Below are positions 15,323 through 27,537 of a DNA stretch of 64,000 nucleotides, piece after piece. Each line of letters begins with the position of its first letter. The stretch's first letter is position 1. The notes under the pieces were generated by a model. The model saw only the letters and a program-made list of their open reading frames with translations, searched no databases and was not told the DNA's origin. The position numbers and the translations under genes were made by a program. The stretch spans positions 256,001 through 320,000 of the forward strand of contig CAWJKZ010000024.1 of NCBI GenBank assembly GCA_963843575.1. Reading direction: 5' to 3'. This DNA comes from an uncultured Acidobacteriota bacterium (GTDB taxonomy: Bacteria > Acidobacteriota > UBA6911).

Positions 15323-16228
15323 ATGACGAACTCGCAACCTTCGACGATGACCGGGTTGAGACAGCGGCTGCGGTGCCCGGTCTGCCGTATGGGCCTGTCG
15401 TGGGGCGGGGCAGGCGAGCGCATCGACTGCTCGTGCGGCGCAACCTATCCGGTCCTCCCCGGCGGGGTGCCGGTGCTGCTCGTGCCGGAGCGGCGCGCGC
15501 AGTTCGACGCGCTCCTGACGGCCGATCAGGGCGGACGCCGGATGGCGGCCGAGTACCGCCGGCACGGGAGCTGGCAGGCCCGCGTGCGAGGTTGGCTGCG
15601 GCCCCCTTCGATCGTCTACGACGCGGACACGCCGCGCCGCTTTTCCTGGATCTACGACACGCACGGGCCCAACACGGTCATCCTCAGCATCGGCGGCGGC
15701 CCCGGGCGCGAGAATCCGCGGGCCGTAAATCTCAACGTGGACGCCTTCGACTCCGTCGACATCGTGGGCGACGGGGCCAACCTGCCGCTAGCGGACGGCT
15801 CCGTCGACACCGTCACCTGCAACGCCGTCATAGAACACGTCCCCAACCCCAACACCGTCGTCGCCGAGATGCACCGCGTGCTGAAGCCGGGCGGCTACGC
15901 ACAGCTTATGGTCCCGTTCGTCTTCCCCCATCATGCCTACCCCGCGGACTATCAACGCTACAGCCGTTCCGGCATCCTCGAGCTGACAAAGGCATTCGAG
16001 CCGGTCGAGCTGTCGGTCCTCACCGGACCGACGTCGACCATGCTGGTCCTGTTCAGGGAATATCTGCGCATCCTGGTTCCCGGCGGCAACCGGCCGGCCG
16101 CCCGCCTCCTGCTCAACGGCCTGTCGGGGTGGTTGACCTTCCCGATCAAGTACCTGGACATCTTGCTTAACCGCAAGCCGGACGCGGCCATCATGGCCGC
16201 GGCGTTTTACTACCTGGGGCGCAAGTGA
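15323..16228 (+). CDS. Class I SAM-dependent methyltransferase with N-terminal Trm112-like Zn ribbon
   Basis: LRCPVC...CSCGATYPV..GVPVL; LSIGGG motif I; LPLADGSVDTV; VIEHV; RVLKPGG. Confidence 0.88.
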   Translation: MTNSQPSTMTGLRQRLRCPVCRMGLSWGGAGERIDCSCGATYPVLPGGVPVLLVPERRAQFDALLTADQGGRRMAAEYRRHGSWQARVRGWLRPPSIVYDADTPRRFSWIYDTHGPNTVILSIGGGPGRENPRAVNLNVDAFDSVDIVGDGANLPLADGSVDTVTCNAVIEHVPNPNTVVAEMHRVLKPGGYAQLMVPFVFPHHAYPADYQRYSRSGILELTKAFEPVELSVLTGPTSTMLVLFREYLRILVPGGNRPAARLLLNGLSGWLTFPIKYLDILLNRKPDAAIMAAAFYYLGRK

Positions 16229-16250
16229 CGTGAGGAGCCACGCCAGCCTG

Positions 16251-16274
16251 GCGGCGCCGAGCCGCCGCACTCCA
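16251..16274. repeat. REP-like hairpin, family 2
   Basis: GCGGCGCCGAGCCGCCGCACTCCA. Confidence 0.7.
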
Positions 16275-16334
16275 TAGATCTCATGATGCGGTCGATGCGG
16301 TCGATATGGTGGGGGACGGTTCGGAGTTCCTTCA

Positions 16335-18779
16335 GTGGATGAACTATTCCCGGATACTGCGGTCAACACCAGACGCCGCCTCTGGCGCGATCCCGACTTC
16401 TGGGCGCCCATCGCCCTGGTGGCGGTAGGCATCCTGTTCTTCTACGATTTCCTGTTCAGCTCGAAGAACTTCTATTTCCGGGACATTCTCAATTTCCATT
16501 ACCCATTGCGAAAGCTGCTGATCGATTCCTACGCACGGGGGGAATTCCCGCTCTGGAATCCCTTCATCTACCTGGGCCAGCCTATGCTGGCCAACCCGAA
16601 CTACCTGGCGTTCTACCCGACGAACCTGCTCCACCTCTTCCTGCCGTTCAACTACGCGTTCAAGCTCCATTTCGTCCTGCATCCCATTGCGGCCGGCCTC
16701 GGGATCTACTTTCTCCAGCGCCGGATCGGCTTGCCGCCGCTGCCGGCGTTCGGCGGCTCGCTTGCCTATCAGTTCTCCGGGATCGCGTTGTCCTTCCTCA
16801 ACCTCTACAACATACTCCCGGCCGTGGCCCTGATGCCCTGGATCGGCTGGGCCTTCGTCGGCGCGCTCCGGGTTCCCGCGCTCCACCGCCGGCTGCTGTT
16901 GGCCCTGCTGCTCGGCCTGCAGGTTTTTGCCTTCGAGCCCCTGATGTTCCAGTGCGTGCTCGGCGCCCTGGCCGGACTGGCGCTGTGGCACATCCTGGAC
17001 GCCGGCGAGCGCAGACAGGCCACGCTCTCGCTCCTGCGGACCTGCGCGGTGTCGGGCTGCTTCGCGGCCGGCATCGCCGCGATCCAGATCTTCCCGACGC
17101 TGGAGTTGCTGCCCCGCTCGGTCCGTGGCGCCGGTTTCGGCTTCCCTGACCTCACGATCTGGTCCATGCACCCGGTGCAGATGTTGAACACGATCGTCCC
17201 CAACCTCTTCGGCAACCTCTACACGATCGGGAACGCGCTCTCCTGGGGAGAGTCCTTTACGCACGGGAGGGAGGCCTACCTCGTCTCGTACTTTCTGGGG
17301 ACCGTGACCGTGGTGTTGGCCTTGCTCGCCCCGTTCTCCCGCCGAAGAAATCTCGTCGTCATACTTGCCGGCACGCTCTGCGCAAGCGTCTTTCTCGCCC
17401 TCGGCAGGTTCAACCCCGCATACGGTTGGCTGTTTGAGCACGTGCCGTTGATGAGGTTGGGCCGCTATCCGTCGAAGTACATGCTGTTGGGGACGCTGGC
17501 GGTTTCCCTACTTGCCGCGGTCGGCCTCGAAGTGCTGGCGGGGTGCTGGAAGGAGGGGCGTCACACGCGCGTGCGCGTCGGCGCCGTAGCGCTTCTGGCG
17601 CTGGTGGCCGCCGCGTTGTTTGGCTCGGCCTGGCTCTTCTGGCGCTCGAACCCCTCGCAGCTCGAGGCGATCCTCCGGGCGCAGGTCGACCCGCAGCTCG
17701 GCGCCGCGAAGGATTACGGAGCCATCGTTTCCCACCTGCTGGATTCCATCCGGACGTCGGGCCTGTTCCTGCTGCTCTCCGGACTCGTGCTGGCCACGGC
17801 CGCCCTGGGCCGCCTGACCTCCGCCGGCCCGCGGGTCATGCTGCTGCTGCTCGCCGCCGAGTTGCTCCCCGCCAACCTGAGCCTCTCGCCCCTGATGTCG
17901 GACGCGGATGTGAGCTTCATCCCCGAGGTGAACCGGTTCATCGCGGACCGCGGGCCGAGGCAGCCGTTCCGGGTGATGTCTCCCGCGACTGTGCGGCCTC
18001 TGCCCAGCATCCAGCTGGTGACCCCCAACCGATCCCTGGCGTGGCTTACGCTCTTTTATCAGATGTCGGGCCAGCCGATGGGAGGCATCGTGAACGGGAT
18101 TCAGTACTCTCTGGACAGCACCGTCGATTACCTGAACACGAGCGAGTCTGATGAGCTGGCGAAGGTTTGTGCGGTGCGCCCGGAGGCGGGGCGGCTCAAC
18201 CTGATGCAACGCCTGAATACGCCGATGATCCTCGCGCTGGGTCCGGTGCACAATCCGGCGTGCGAAACGGTGACCTCATTCGACACACGGAGCAACTACC
18301 CCGTCTACTTGTACTGGCTGTCGCAGACGGCGCCCAGGGCCTATTTTGTCGCGGGGTCCGAAATGGCTCCCTCGCCGAACGAAGCGCTGCGGGCCTTCGT
18401 GCGCCCCGACTTCGATTACGCGGGGAGCGTGATACTCGAGGGGGCCGGTCCGGCCAACCCGTCGCCGCGGCGCGACGCGGGGCAGGTGCGTTTCGAGGCC
18501 TACGAGAACCAACGCATCGCCTTCGAAGTGGACTGCTCGACGGCGGGCCACCTCGTGCTGCTCGATTCCTATTACCCGGGATGGCGGGTTCGCGTGGATG
18601 GGCAGGAGTCGCCGCTGCTGCGGGCGAACTACGCGTTCAGGGCCGTGGCGCTCGGCCCCGGCCGCCACCGGGTGGAGTTCCGCTACCGGCCCGTCTGGTT
18701 CTATGCGGGCCTCGCGGTGAGTTGCGCCTCGCTCGCCGTGTGGCTGTTCCTGCTGCTGCGCCGGCGCCGGCGTTCCTGA
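16335..18779 (+). CDS. YfhO-family polytopic membrane protein (GT-C-type glycosyltransferase-like)
   Basis: RD...HYP...PLWNP....G.P.....FYP N-terminal motif; many TM helices; C-terminal YYPGW...VDG...RANYAFRAVALGPGRHRVEFRY. Confidence 0.88.
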   Translation: MDELFPDTAVNTRRRLWRDPDFWAPIALVAVGILFFYDFLFSSKNFYFRDILNFHYPLRKLLIDSYARGEFPLWNPFIYLGQPMLANPNYLAFYPTNLLHLFLPFNYAFKLHFVLHPIAAGLGIYFLQRRIGLPPLPAFGGSLAYQFSGIALSFLNLYNILPAVALMPWIGWAFVGALRVPALHRRLLLALLLGLQVFAFEPLMFQCVLGALAGLALWHILDAGERRQATLSLLRTCAVSGCFAAGIAAIQIFPTLELLPRSVRGAGFGFPDLTIWSMHPVQMLNTIVPNLFGNLYTIGNALSWGESFTHGREAYLVSYFLGTVTVVLALLAPFSRRRNLVVILAGTLCASVFLALGRFNPAYGWLFEHVPLMRLGRYPSKYMLLGTLAVSLLAAVGLEVLAGCWKEGRHTRVRVGAVALLALVAAALFGSAWLFWRSNPSQLEAILRAQVDPQLGAAKDYGAIVSHLLDSIRTSGLFLLLSGLVLATAALGRLTSAGPRVMLLLLAAELLPANLSLSPLMSDADVSFIPEVNRFIADRGPRQPFRVMSPATVRPLPSIQLVTPNRSLAWLTLFYQMSGQPMGGIVNGIQYSLDSTVDYLNTSESDELAKVCAVRPEAGRLNLMQRLNTPMILALGPVHNPACETVTSFDTRSNYPVYLYWLSQTAPRAYFVAGSEMAPSPNEALRAFVRPDFDYAGSVILEGAGPANPSPRRDAGQVRFEAYENQRIAFEVDCSTAGHLVLLDSYYPGWRVRVDGQESPLLRANYAFRAVALGPGRHRVEFRYRPVWFYAGLAVSCASLAVWLFLLLRRRRRS

Positions 18780-18825
18780 GTACACGGGCTGCCTTGGGCA
18801 CACAGGACTTTCCGGGCCCCACCGG

Positions 18826-18898
18826 AGGTCGATCCGTGGGGATCCGCGCGCATCAGCGTCCTGACAAGTACGTTGGCGTATTTGTGAGCATCAATACT
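18826..18898. repeat. 73-bp dispersed repeat, copy 2 (MITE/IS-end-like)
   Basis: Inverted match to 8752..8824; lies between convergent genes. Confidence 0.85.
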
Positions 18899-18901
18899 GA
18901 G

Positions 18902-20898
18902 TCACAGCAGCAGGAGCGCCGCCAGCCCGGCCGCTGCCAACCCCAACCCCGCGTATTCCTGCCACGGCCGCCTGTATTCCAGCACGGCGTCCCCGTGCCC
19001 GCAGACCACGATGAGGTTGGGCGAAGCGCGGTAAACAGCGGATTCGCGGCCGTCGACAGTCAGATGCCACGCCGGAAAGTACCCCACCTTGACCAGCACG
19101 GGAATGTCCTGCTGCGCGTTGATGCGCAAAACGAGCCGGTCCATCCTCGCAGAGGCGGCGATCAACTCTACGCTCTCGCCGGCGCGCGCGGGCCGCGCCC
19201 CCGGGGGAAGCGGCCGGTCCGTGAAAACGGGCAAGCCGGAAGCCTGCACAAACCACTTCCGTGCCGCGGCCTCCCAGCCCGTCTCCACGAGACCGGGCAG
19301 GTAGGCCAGCGGTTCCGCGAGCGCCGAATCTCCCGTGCCGTACAGGTAGAACTCCGCACGACGGTCCCGGATGTTGTACCTGGCGCGCAGGCTCTCCAGC
19401 GCGACGGGGTCGGCGGGGAGGTCGATCGGATAGCTCGTGATGTAACGCTTGCGCCCTGCCAGGTCTGGATCGAGGATCCTCTCCAGCCTCAGGTCCGTGA
19501 ATACGTGGCGTATGTCGAACAGCCGCAGCCGCTCCCTGATGTAGTCCGCCGCGGCGAGACCGCCCGGTTGCACTCCAGACGCCGCGCCAGGCGCCCCGGA
19601 TACTTGCGCCGCCGGTTCCAGTGCCCTTGACAGTTCGGCGAGAAACCAACCGTTCGGACTCGATTGGATGAAGAGTCCCATCACCGAGAGATTGCGCGTC
19701 CGGAGCGGGATCAGTTCGTGCTGCACGCGGGGCGAAGGCACGTGCCCCGGGTGCGCGACGGAGAGGATCCGTCCCTCGACCCTCCCGAAGTCGGGCAGCG
19801 GGAAATCTGGCACCCCTATCCGGTCGAACCGGCCCTGGCGATATCCCTGACAGCCGACAAGGACCGCCAGGCCCGCGATCCCCAGCAGGAGAGACCTGGA
19901 GCGAACCCGCACGACGACGAGCACCGGGATCATCAGGAGCAGGTATATGGTCAGGCGCGTGAACTCGAGGTTCAACTGCCAGAACTCTCCAGCCATGACG
20001 AAGTTGAGCAGCAGGATGTAAAACAGGCCCAGCGGGCGCAAGGCGCCATCGAAGATCGAGGCGAAGGCCGGCAGCAAGCCCAGGAATAGAATTGCGATTA
20101 TGGCTGGGGACCACAGCGGCGGGGTATACCCGCCCGCCATAAAGGCCCTGTGGCTGACAAACGGAAAAACCCAGGCGCTGCCGATGAGTCCTCCCACCCC
20201 GACGCTCAGTGCGGGCGTCTTCCAGTCCATCCGCCTGAGCGTGCAGAGCTGCCAGACCCGGCCGAGAAGGTCAGCGGCGACAAACATCAGCGCCACCAGC
20301 GACGAGAGCGGGTGCAGCAACAGCAGGGCCCCAAGCAGGAGCGCGGGCAATTTCCAGCCGTTGCCCTGGTGCTCCCTGCCGAAGTTCGCCATGAAGGCGA
20401 ACAAGAATGGCAGGCTGACCGTGTTGGCCACGAGGCCCACGCCGAGGATAGACCTCAGGTCCGACCCGAAGTTCCAGGTGCCGAGCATCCCGCCGTTCAG
20501 AAACAGCGCCGCGGTCATCGCGGCGGCGCACACCACGGACGCGAAGCCGTCCATGCCCCACCGGCGGGCGAAGGCGTAAAAGGCCGCGGGCAGCAGCGTC
20601 AGGCTCAGGAGCACCAGCAGCTTTATCGCCGGGCCGATCCCGACGGGGAAACTCAGCAGGGCCGCGAGGTAGTGGGTGAGCGGGGGATAGAAGGCGCCTT
20701 GAGGATAGCCGCAGAAGAAAAACGGATTCCATCCAGTCGCCCAGGGGAACAGGTATTCGCGGACGTACCAGGCTGCGGTGTAATGGCCAGGGAAGTCCCA
20801 CTCGAGCAGGTTGCTCGGGAAAGGTACCGGGCCGCGGTCCCTGCCAGGGCTGAGGCCTGCAGAATAAGGAAGCCGAAGATGAACTTGCGCCCGGTCAT
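18902..20898 (-). CDS. PTPS-related/YfhO-like GT-C-type membrane protein (indel near 20820)
   Basis: Reconstructed N-terminus WDFPGH...GWNPFFFCGYPQGAFYPPL; many TM helices; C-terminal LVKVGYFPAW...VYRASPNL. Confidence 0.8.
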
Positions 20899-20912
20899 GA
20901 GCTGAGGGGTAA

Positions 20913-20942
20913 ATTGAAAAGAGGCGGCCCGAAGGCCGCCTC
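20913..20942 (-). terminator. Rho-independent terminator of pilA
   Basis: Minus strand GAGGCGGCC-TTCG-GGCCGCCTC-TTTTCAAT (9-bp stem, UUCG loop, U tail). Confidence 0.85.
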
Positions 20943-20995
20943 GTTTCGCGAGACCTGTAATGCTGGTAGTTGGCTCGCTGCCCTCACGCGGCAGA

Positions 20996-21484
20996 CTAAC
21001 CGCCGGTCTTCCCGATGGGATCGCCCGCGGTTACGCCCGAAGGAAGCGTCGCAGGAGCTATAGCCGAGATATACCGGACGACCTGATCCGGCGCGATGCC
21101 GTAAACGAAACGGCCCATGCCGGTCGACGCAGGCGTCGCGGTGAAACCAAAGGCATTCGGAACGGCGCCGGCCGCCGCCGCGCCTGTAAGGCTGGTGACC
21201 TCCTGGTAGTTGTAGCCGTTCACTCCCTGGGTGCCGGTTGCGGTGAACCGGGCGTCGAGGAAGTTCTGGGCGACGAGTGTGGTGACGTTGGTGTACATCT
21301 GGTTGTTGGTGGCGGCGAAGGCGATCTCGGCGGAGCCGATCGTACGGCAACCCTGGATAGCGCCCGCTTCATTGGCGGCCTGACGGGACGTCAGCAGGCT
21401 GGGGATTGCGATGGCGGCAATGATGGCGATGATCGCCACGACGATTAAGAGTTCTACGAGTGAAAATCCCTGTTCGTTCTTCAT
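20996..21484 (-). CDS. pilA: Type IVa major pilin
   Basis: Prepilin leader MKNEQG/FSLVELLIVVAIIAIIAAIAIP with E5; own sigma-54 promoter and terminator; follows pilSR. Confidence 0.92.
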   Translation of the reverse strand: MKNEQGFSLVELLIVVAIIAIIAAIAIPSLLTSRQAANEAGAIQGCRTIGSAEIAFAATNNQMYTNVTTLVAQNFLDARFTATGTQGVNGYNYQEVTSLTGAAAAGAVPNAFGFTATPASTGMGRFVYGIAPDQVVRYISAIAPATLPSGVTAGDPIGKTGG

Positions 21485-21531
21485 GTAATCTCCTCTCCAC
21501 GGTAACGTGCCATGTGGTCGCCCTGTGGAAT

Positions 21532-21547
21532 TGCAATAGGCGTGCCA
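21532..21547 (-). promoter_or_regulatory. Sigma-54 (-24/-12) promoter of pilA
   Basis: Minus strand TGGCAC-GCCTA-TTGCA, an exact match to TGGCAC-N5-TTGCW, about 50 bp upstream of the ATG. Confidence 0.92.
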
Positions 21548-21671
21548 GCGGCGCCCACGCGGGGAAAGATTTCATCGGCCGACAAAACCCCTTCATTCAT
21601 GCAGTTACCGCCTAAGACGAATCCGGGCATTCGCTGGTTGAATCCGACGGCTGCCGCGACTTGATGCGCAC

Positions 21672-21716
21672 CGTCAAACGGGTGACGAAAACCATCAAAA
21701 CCGTCAAAGGTTGAAC
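21672..21716. promoter_or_regulatory. Candidate PilR enhancer (UAS)
   Basis: Palindrome CGTCA-N6-TGACG at 21672-21687 and imperfect CGTCA-N5-TGAAC at 21702-21716, 125-170 bp upstream of the sigma-54 site. Confidence 0.55.
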
Positions 21717-21737
21717 CGCCCCCCCAGCCCGTAAAAC

Positions 21738-21845
21738 GAGTGGGTCCGGGCTTCAGCCCGGACGTCTGTTGATCGGATCTATGTGGCGACGGGCGCACGC
21801 TATAGCGACCGCAAACAGCGTCCGGGCTGAAGCCCGGACCCACTT
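21738..21845. repeat. REPIN-like inverted REP doublet, family 1, copy B
   Basis: 108 bp; terminal inverted REPs plus the TATAGCGACCGCAAACAGC spacer. Confidence 0.92.
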
Positions 21846-21886
21846 AGTGCTCGTGTTCATAAATACGCTAACGTTTTGAGGATCCC

Positions 21887-23310
<1,424 letters not shown>

Positions 23311-23415
23311 GTCGCCACGTTCCAGGTTCGTGCTTCCTCAGCAGTCCATCGAGCCCGCGCGAGCTCTTCGAGGCTCTTAGAGCCCTTCGTGAGGCAAGGC
23401 TTTTAAAGCTTCACC

Positions 23416-25168
23416 TCACAGACTCAAAGCACTCGAAGATTCTCGAACCGTTTCCCTCAATTCCGCCGCCGGGACGGTGGGGAGCCGCACGGTCACCTTT
23501 GTGCCGCGTCCCTTTTCGCTTTGCACCGAGATGCTGCCGTTGTGATCCTGCAGGATCTGGAAGGTGATGCTGAGGCCGAGCCCGGTGCCGCCGGCGAAAC
23601 CGGAGTGAAAGGGCTGGAACAGCTGCTCCTGCTCCTCGCGCGTCATACCGACCCCCTCGTCCTCGAACACCGATCTCGGCGCCTCCCGGTCGAGGAGACG
23701 GGTGCGGATGACGACGGCGCCTCCCTCGCGGCATGGACCGCAGCCCGTTGCGCGTGATGTTCCAGAACACCTGCCTGAGCTGGTCGGCATTGCCCACGAC
23801 CGGGATGCGCGGTGCTTCCAGCTTCAGGCTGATCGCGTGCCGGCTGCGGACCTCCGGGTCGTTCTGCAGCAGCGCCACGGAGTCCTTCAGGAGCGCGGAC
23901 GAGGTCCATGGGGCGGCGCGGGTATTTCCCCGGCCGGGCGAAGTTCAGGAAGTCTCCCACGAACTTGTCCAGCCGGTCGCTTTCCCGGACGATAATGTCA
24001 AACAGCCGCTCGTCGCTCTTGGGGACGGTCAGGTGCGAGCGCAACAGCTCCACCGAGCCGCGCATGGAGGTCAAGGGGTTGCGGATCTCGTGCGCAATTC
24101 CGGCGGCCATCCGCCCGACGGCCGCCATCCGGTCCTTGACCCGCACCTCCTCCTCGAGCCGCTTGATATCCGTCAGGTCCTGGAACGAGATGATGTAGCC
24201 GAGCAGGTGACGGCCGTGGTCCACGAGCGGCGATACGCTGTAGCCGAGGTAGCGGCGGCCTCCGCTGCTCAGCGAGACCCACTCTTCGTACCGCAGAGGG
24301 CGTGCGCTCTTGAAGAGATCGGCGGAGAGGATCTGGTCCCAGAGGCTCTTGCCCAGAACGTACCAGACCGGCTGCCCGAGCGTGTGGGCGGCGGTCTTTT
24401 CCGATGAGCTCCTCCGCGGTGTTGTTAAACACGGCGATCCGGCCCTGGAGATCGGTGGTGACCAGCCCGCTGCGGATGCTGCTGACGATGTGTTCGTTCA
24501 GCCCCTGGAGGCGCTTGAGCGAATAGATTTTTTCCTCCAGTTCCTCCTGCACCGCGTGCAGCCTGTCCGACAGGTAGGACCCCAGGAACGCGACGGCGAA
24601 GAAGCCGAGCGCATGCACGCTCGTGTGATACAGGAGCGGCATGATCCCGAGATGCGCATCGGCGGCCGGGAGCAGGTGGAGGCGCTCCGCGGCGATGACG
24701 GCCGAATAGAACGCTGCGCCCAGGACGGCGGCGGCCCGTGCCGCCGCGGCGTCCCAGGATCAGGCTGCAGTAGATCACCACGAGGAGGTACAACGAGACG
24801 AAGACGCTCTCGACCCCTCGGGTGTGAGCCACCAGCGCCGTAGTCAGGAGCAGGTCCACCGCGATCTGGAGATACACCTGTGGCATCAGCCAGCGGTTGG
24901 TCCACCAGAACGTGAGGTAGCTGATGGTCAGGCTGATCGTGAGCAGGTTGAAGAACGGCAGCGACGGGAACGGCCCCATACGCGACGGAAGGATGCCCAG
25001 GGGATCGGCGAGGTTCAGGGCCAGAAACAGGATGACGGCGCGCACGCCGATGAGCCACAGGAGTTTTTTCCTCAGCTCATCGGCGTGCACCGCCGTGAAG
25101 GCCCCGAGCGCTCGTCCCGCGGCGCCCGCGTGCGGCAGGATTTCCTCGACAGGCAAGGTCTTAGCCAC
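23416..25168 (-). CDS. pilS: Sensor histidine kinase PilS (several indels)
   Basis: TM N-terminus, PAS-like region, H-box GIAHEIRNPL, N box, DEGVG, GTGLGL, reconstructed across five ORFs. Confidence 0.85.
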
Positions 25169-26374
25169 CGGACAACACTTGGATCAGTTTGAACATCGGC
25201 ATGTACATCGAGATCACGATGCCGCCGACGATGACCCCCAGGATGACCATCAGGAACGGTTCCATGATGGTGAGGAGGTTGTTGACCACGACGTCCACCT
25301 CCTCCTCGTAATAGTCGGCGATTTTGACCAGCATCGTGTCGAGTTCGCCGGTCGATTCGCCCACCGACACCATCTGGGTCACCATGGGTGGGAAGAACTT
25401 CGACTGTTTCATCGGCTCGGTGATCGTCTTGCCCTCTTCGATCTGCCGGCGCACCTCGCGTACGACCCCTTCGAGGACCGCGTTGCCGGCGGTCTTCGCC
25501 GTGATGTCGAGGCCCTCGAGTATCGGGACGCCGCTCGACAGCAGGGTGGCGAGGGTGCGGGTGAAGCGCGCGACGCCGATCTTGCGCAGGATGTCGCCGA
25601 GGGTCGGGATGCGCAGCAACATCGTGTCGACCGAGAGCTTCCCGCGCTCGGTCCGGTAGTAGCTCCGGAAGCGAGACGATGCCGACGATCACCGCCAGGA
25701 CGATGAAGATGAAGTAGCTTTCGAGGAAGTTCGAGAGGGCGATCACGATGCGGGTCATGAGCGGGAGCTCGACGTTGAATCCCTCGAACAGGGTCCGGAA
25801 GACCGGGACCACTTTCCACAGGATGATGCCGACGACGACGACGGCGACGCTGAGGATGAGCACCGGGTAGATCAGCGCCGAGCGCACCGCCCTTTTCAGC
25901 TTGACCATCTTCTCGATGAAGACCGCCAGGCGCTGGAGGATCGTGTCCATGATGCCGCCCGCTTCGCCGGCCGCGACCATGTTGGTGTACAGCGGGTCGA
26001 ACACCGCGGGATGGCGGGCCATGCCGTCGGCCAGGGTCGAGCCCGCTTCTACGTCGGCCCGCACCTGTTCCAGGGTGGACTTGAATGCCGCGTTGGGATG
26101 TTGCTGGCCGATGGCATCGAGGCACTGCACCAGCGGCAGCCCGGCGTCGAGCATGATCGAGAACTGCCGGGTGAAGATGGCGACCTCGGACTGGGGCACC
26201 TTGCGGCGGAAAGAGAAGTTGAACGACTGCGTCTTCTTCTCCTTGATGCTGATCGGCGCGACCTGCTCCCGGCGCAGGACGGCGGCGAGCGCCTGGGCGC
26301 TGTTGGAGAACCTCTCGCCGGCCACGCTCTCGTTGGTGCGGAGGTTGCGTCCGCGAAACGTGAATACTAGGCAT
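25161..26374 (-). CDS. pilC: Type IV pilus platform protein PilC (indels)
   Basis: FTRQFSIMLDAGLPLVQCL, GEAGG, RSALIYP, FTRTLATLLSSGVPIL, GESTGELD, MEP, MYMPMF. Confidence 0.93.
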
Positions 26375-26390
26375 AACGGCCTTTCAGGTG

Positions 26391-27533
26391 TCAGCGGCCG
26401 ACGCTTCCGACCGGTTCCGGGCGCCGCGGGCGCGCCGTGCCGGCCGTCAGGTTCAGCCCGACTCCACGGTGGATCAATTCCTGCAGCTCATCCGGATTGG
26501 AGGACTTGTTGACCGCGTCGTCCAACGAGATCTGCCGGGTCAGCACCAGGTGCGCCAGGGACTGGTTGAACGTCTGCATGCCGTACTTTTCCTGCCCGGT
26601 CTGCATCGAGCTGTAAATCTGGTGAATCTTGTCTTCGCGGATGAGGTTCCGGATGGCGCTGTTGGGGATGAGGATCTCCATGGCCATGCTGCGGCCGGAT
26701 CCGTTGGATCGGGGGATGAGGGACTGGCAGAGGATGCCCTCCAGCACCATGCTCAGCTGCGCCCGGATCTGGGGCTGCTGGTTGGCGGGGAAGATGTCGA
26801 CGATGCGGTTGATGGTCGCCGCGGCGCTGTTGGTGTGCAGCGTGGCGAACGTCAGATGGCCCGTTTCCGCGATCCGCAGGGCCGATTCCACCGTCTCGAA
26901 GTCGCGCATTTCTCCGATGAGCACTACGTCCGGGTCTTCGCGCAGCGCGACCCGCAGGGCGTCCCCGAACGAATGAGTGTCGTTGTTCACCTCGCGCTGG
27001 TTGACGATGCAGTTCTTGTGCGAGTGGAGGAACTCGATCGGGTCCTCGATCGTCAGGATGTGCTCGTTGCGCTGCCGGTTGATCTTGTCGATCATCGCTG
27101 CCAGCGTAGTCGATTTCCCGCACCCGGTCGGTCCGGTCACGAGGATGAGGCCGCGGGGCTTGTCGCACAGCGCTTCGACCACGGACGGCAGCCCGAGCGC
27201 CTCGAACGACTTGATCTCGAACGGGATCGCGCGGAAGACCGCAGCCGTGGCCCCGCGCTGGGTGAAAATGTTGGCGCGAAAACGGCACAGGTCCTTGATG
27301 CCGAAGGAAAAGTCGTATTCCCACTTCTCCTCGAACGCGTGTTTCTGGCTGTCGGTCATCACGCTGTAGGAAAGGCGCTTCGTGTCGGCGGCCGTCAGCG
27401 ACGGCATGTCGAGCGTCCGCAGCTTCCCGTCGACGCGCACCTGGGGGGGCGTCCCGATGGTGAGGTGGAGGTCGGAGCCCCCCGCCTGGATCAGCTTCTG
27501 AAGCATCTCGGCCAGCGTAATCATAAGGTGCAC
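26391..27533 (-). CDS. pilT: Type IV pilus retraction ATPase PilT (start may be 27524)
   Basis: SDLHL, GPTGCGKST, TIEDPIE, LREDPD, TLHTNSA, AIRNLIRE, GMQT. Confidence 0.96.
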   Translation of the reverse strand: MHLMITLAEMLQKLIQAGGSDLHLTIGTPPQVRVDGKLRTLDMPSLTAADTKRLSYSVMTDSQKHAFEEKWEYDFSFGIKDLCRFRANIFTQRGATAAVFRAIPFEIKSFEALGLPSVVEALCDKPRGLILVTGPTGCGKSTTLAAMIDKINRQRNEHILTIEDPIEFLHSHKNCIVNQREVNNDTHSFGDALRVALREDPDVVLIGEMRDFETVESALRIAETGHLTFATLHTNSAAATINRIVDIFPANQQPQIRAQLSMVLEGILCQSLIPRSNGSGRSMAMEILIPNSAIRNLIREDKIHQIYSSMQTGQEKYGMQTFNQSLAHLVLTRQISLDDAVNKSSNPDELQELIHRGVGLNLTAGTARPRRPEPVGSVGR

Positions 27534-27537
27534 CCGC

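Noticed and set aside
20996-21484. Geobacter-type conductive e-pilin
   Set aside because: The pilin is full length (156 aa mature), lacks the aromatic pattern in the N-terminal helix, and no multiheme cytochrome genes are nearby.
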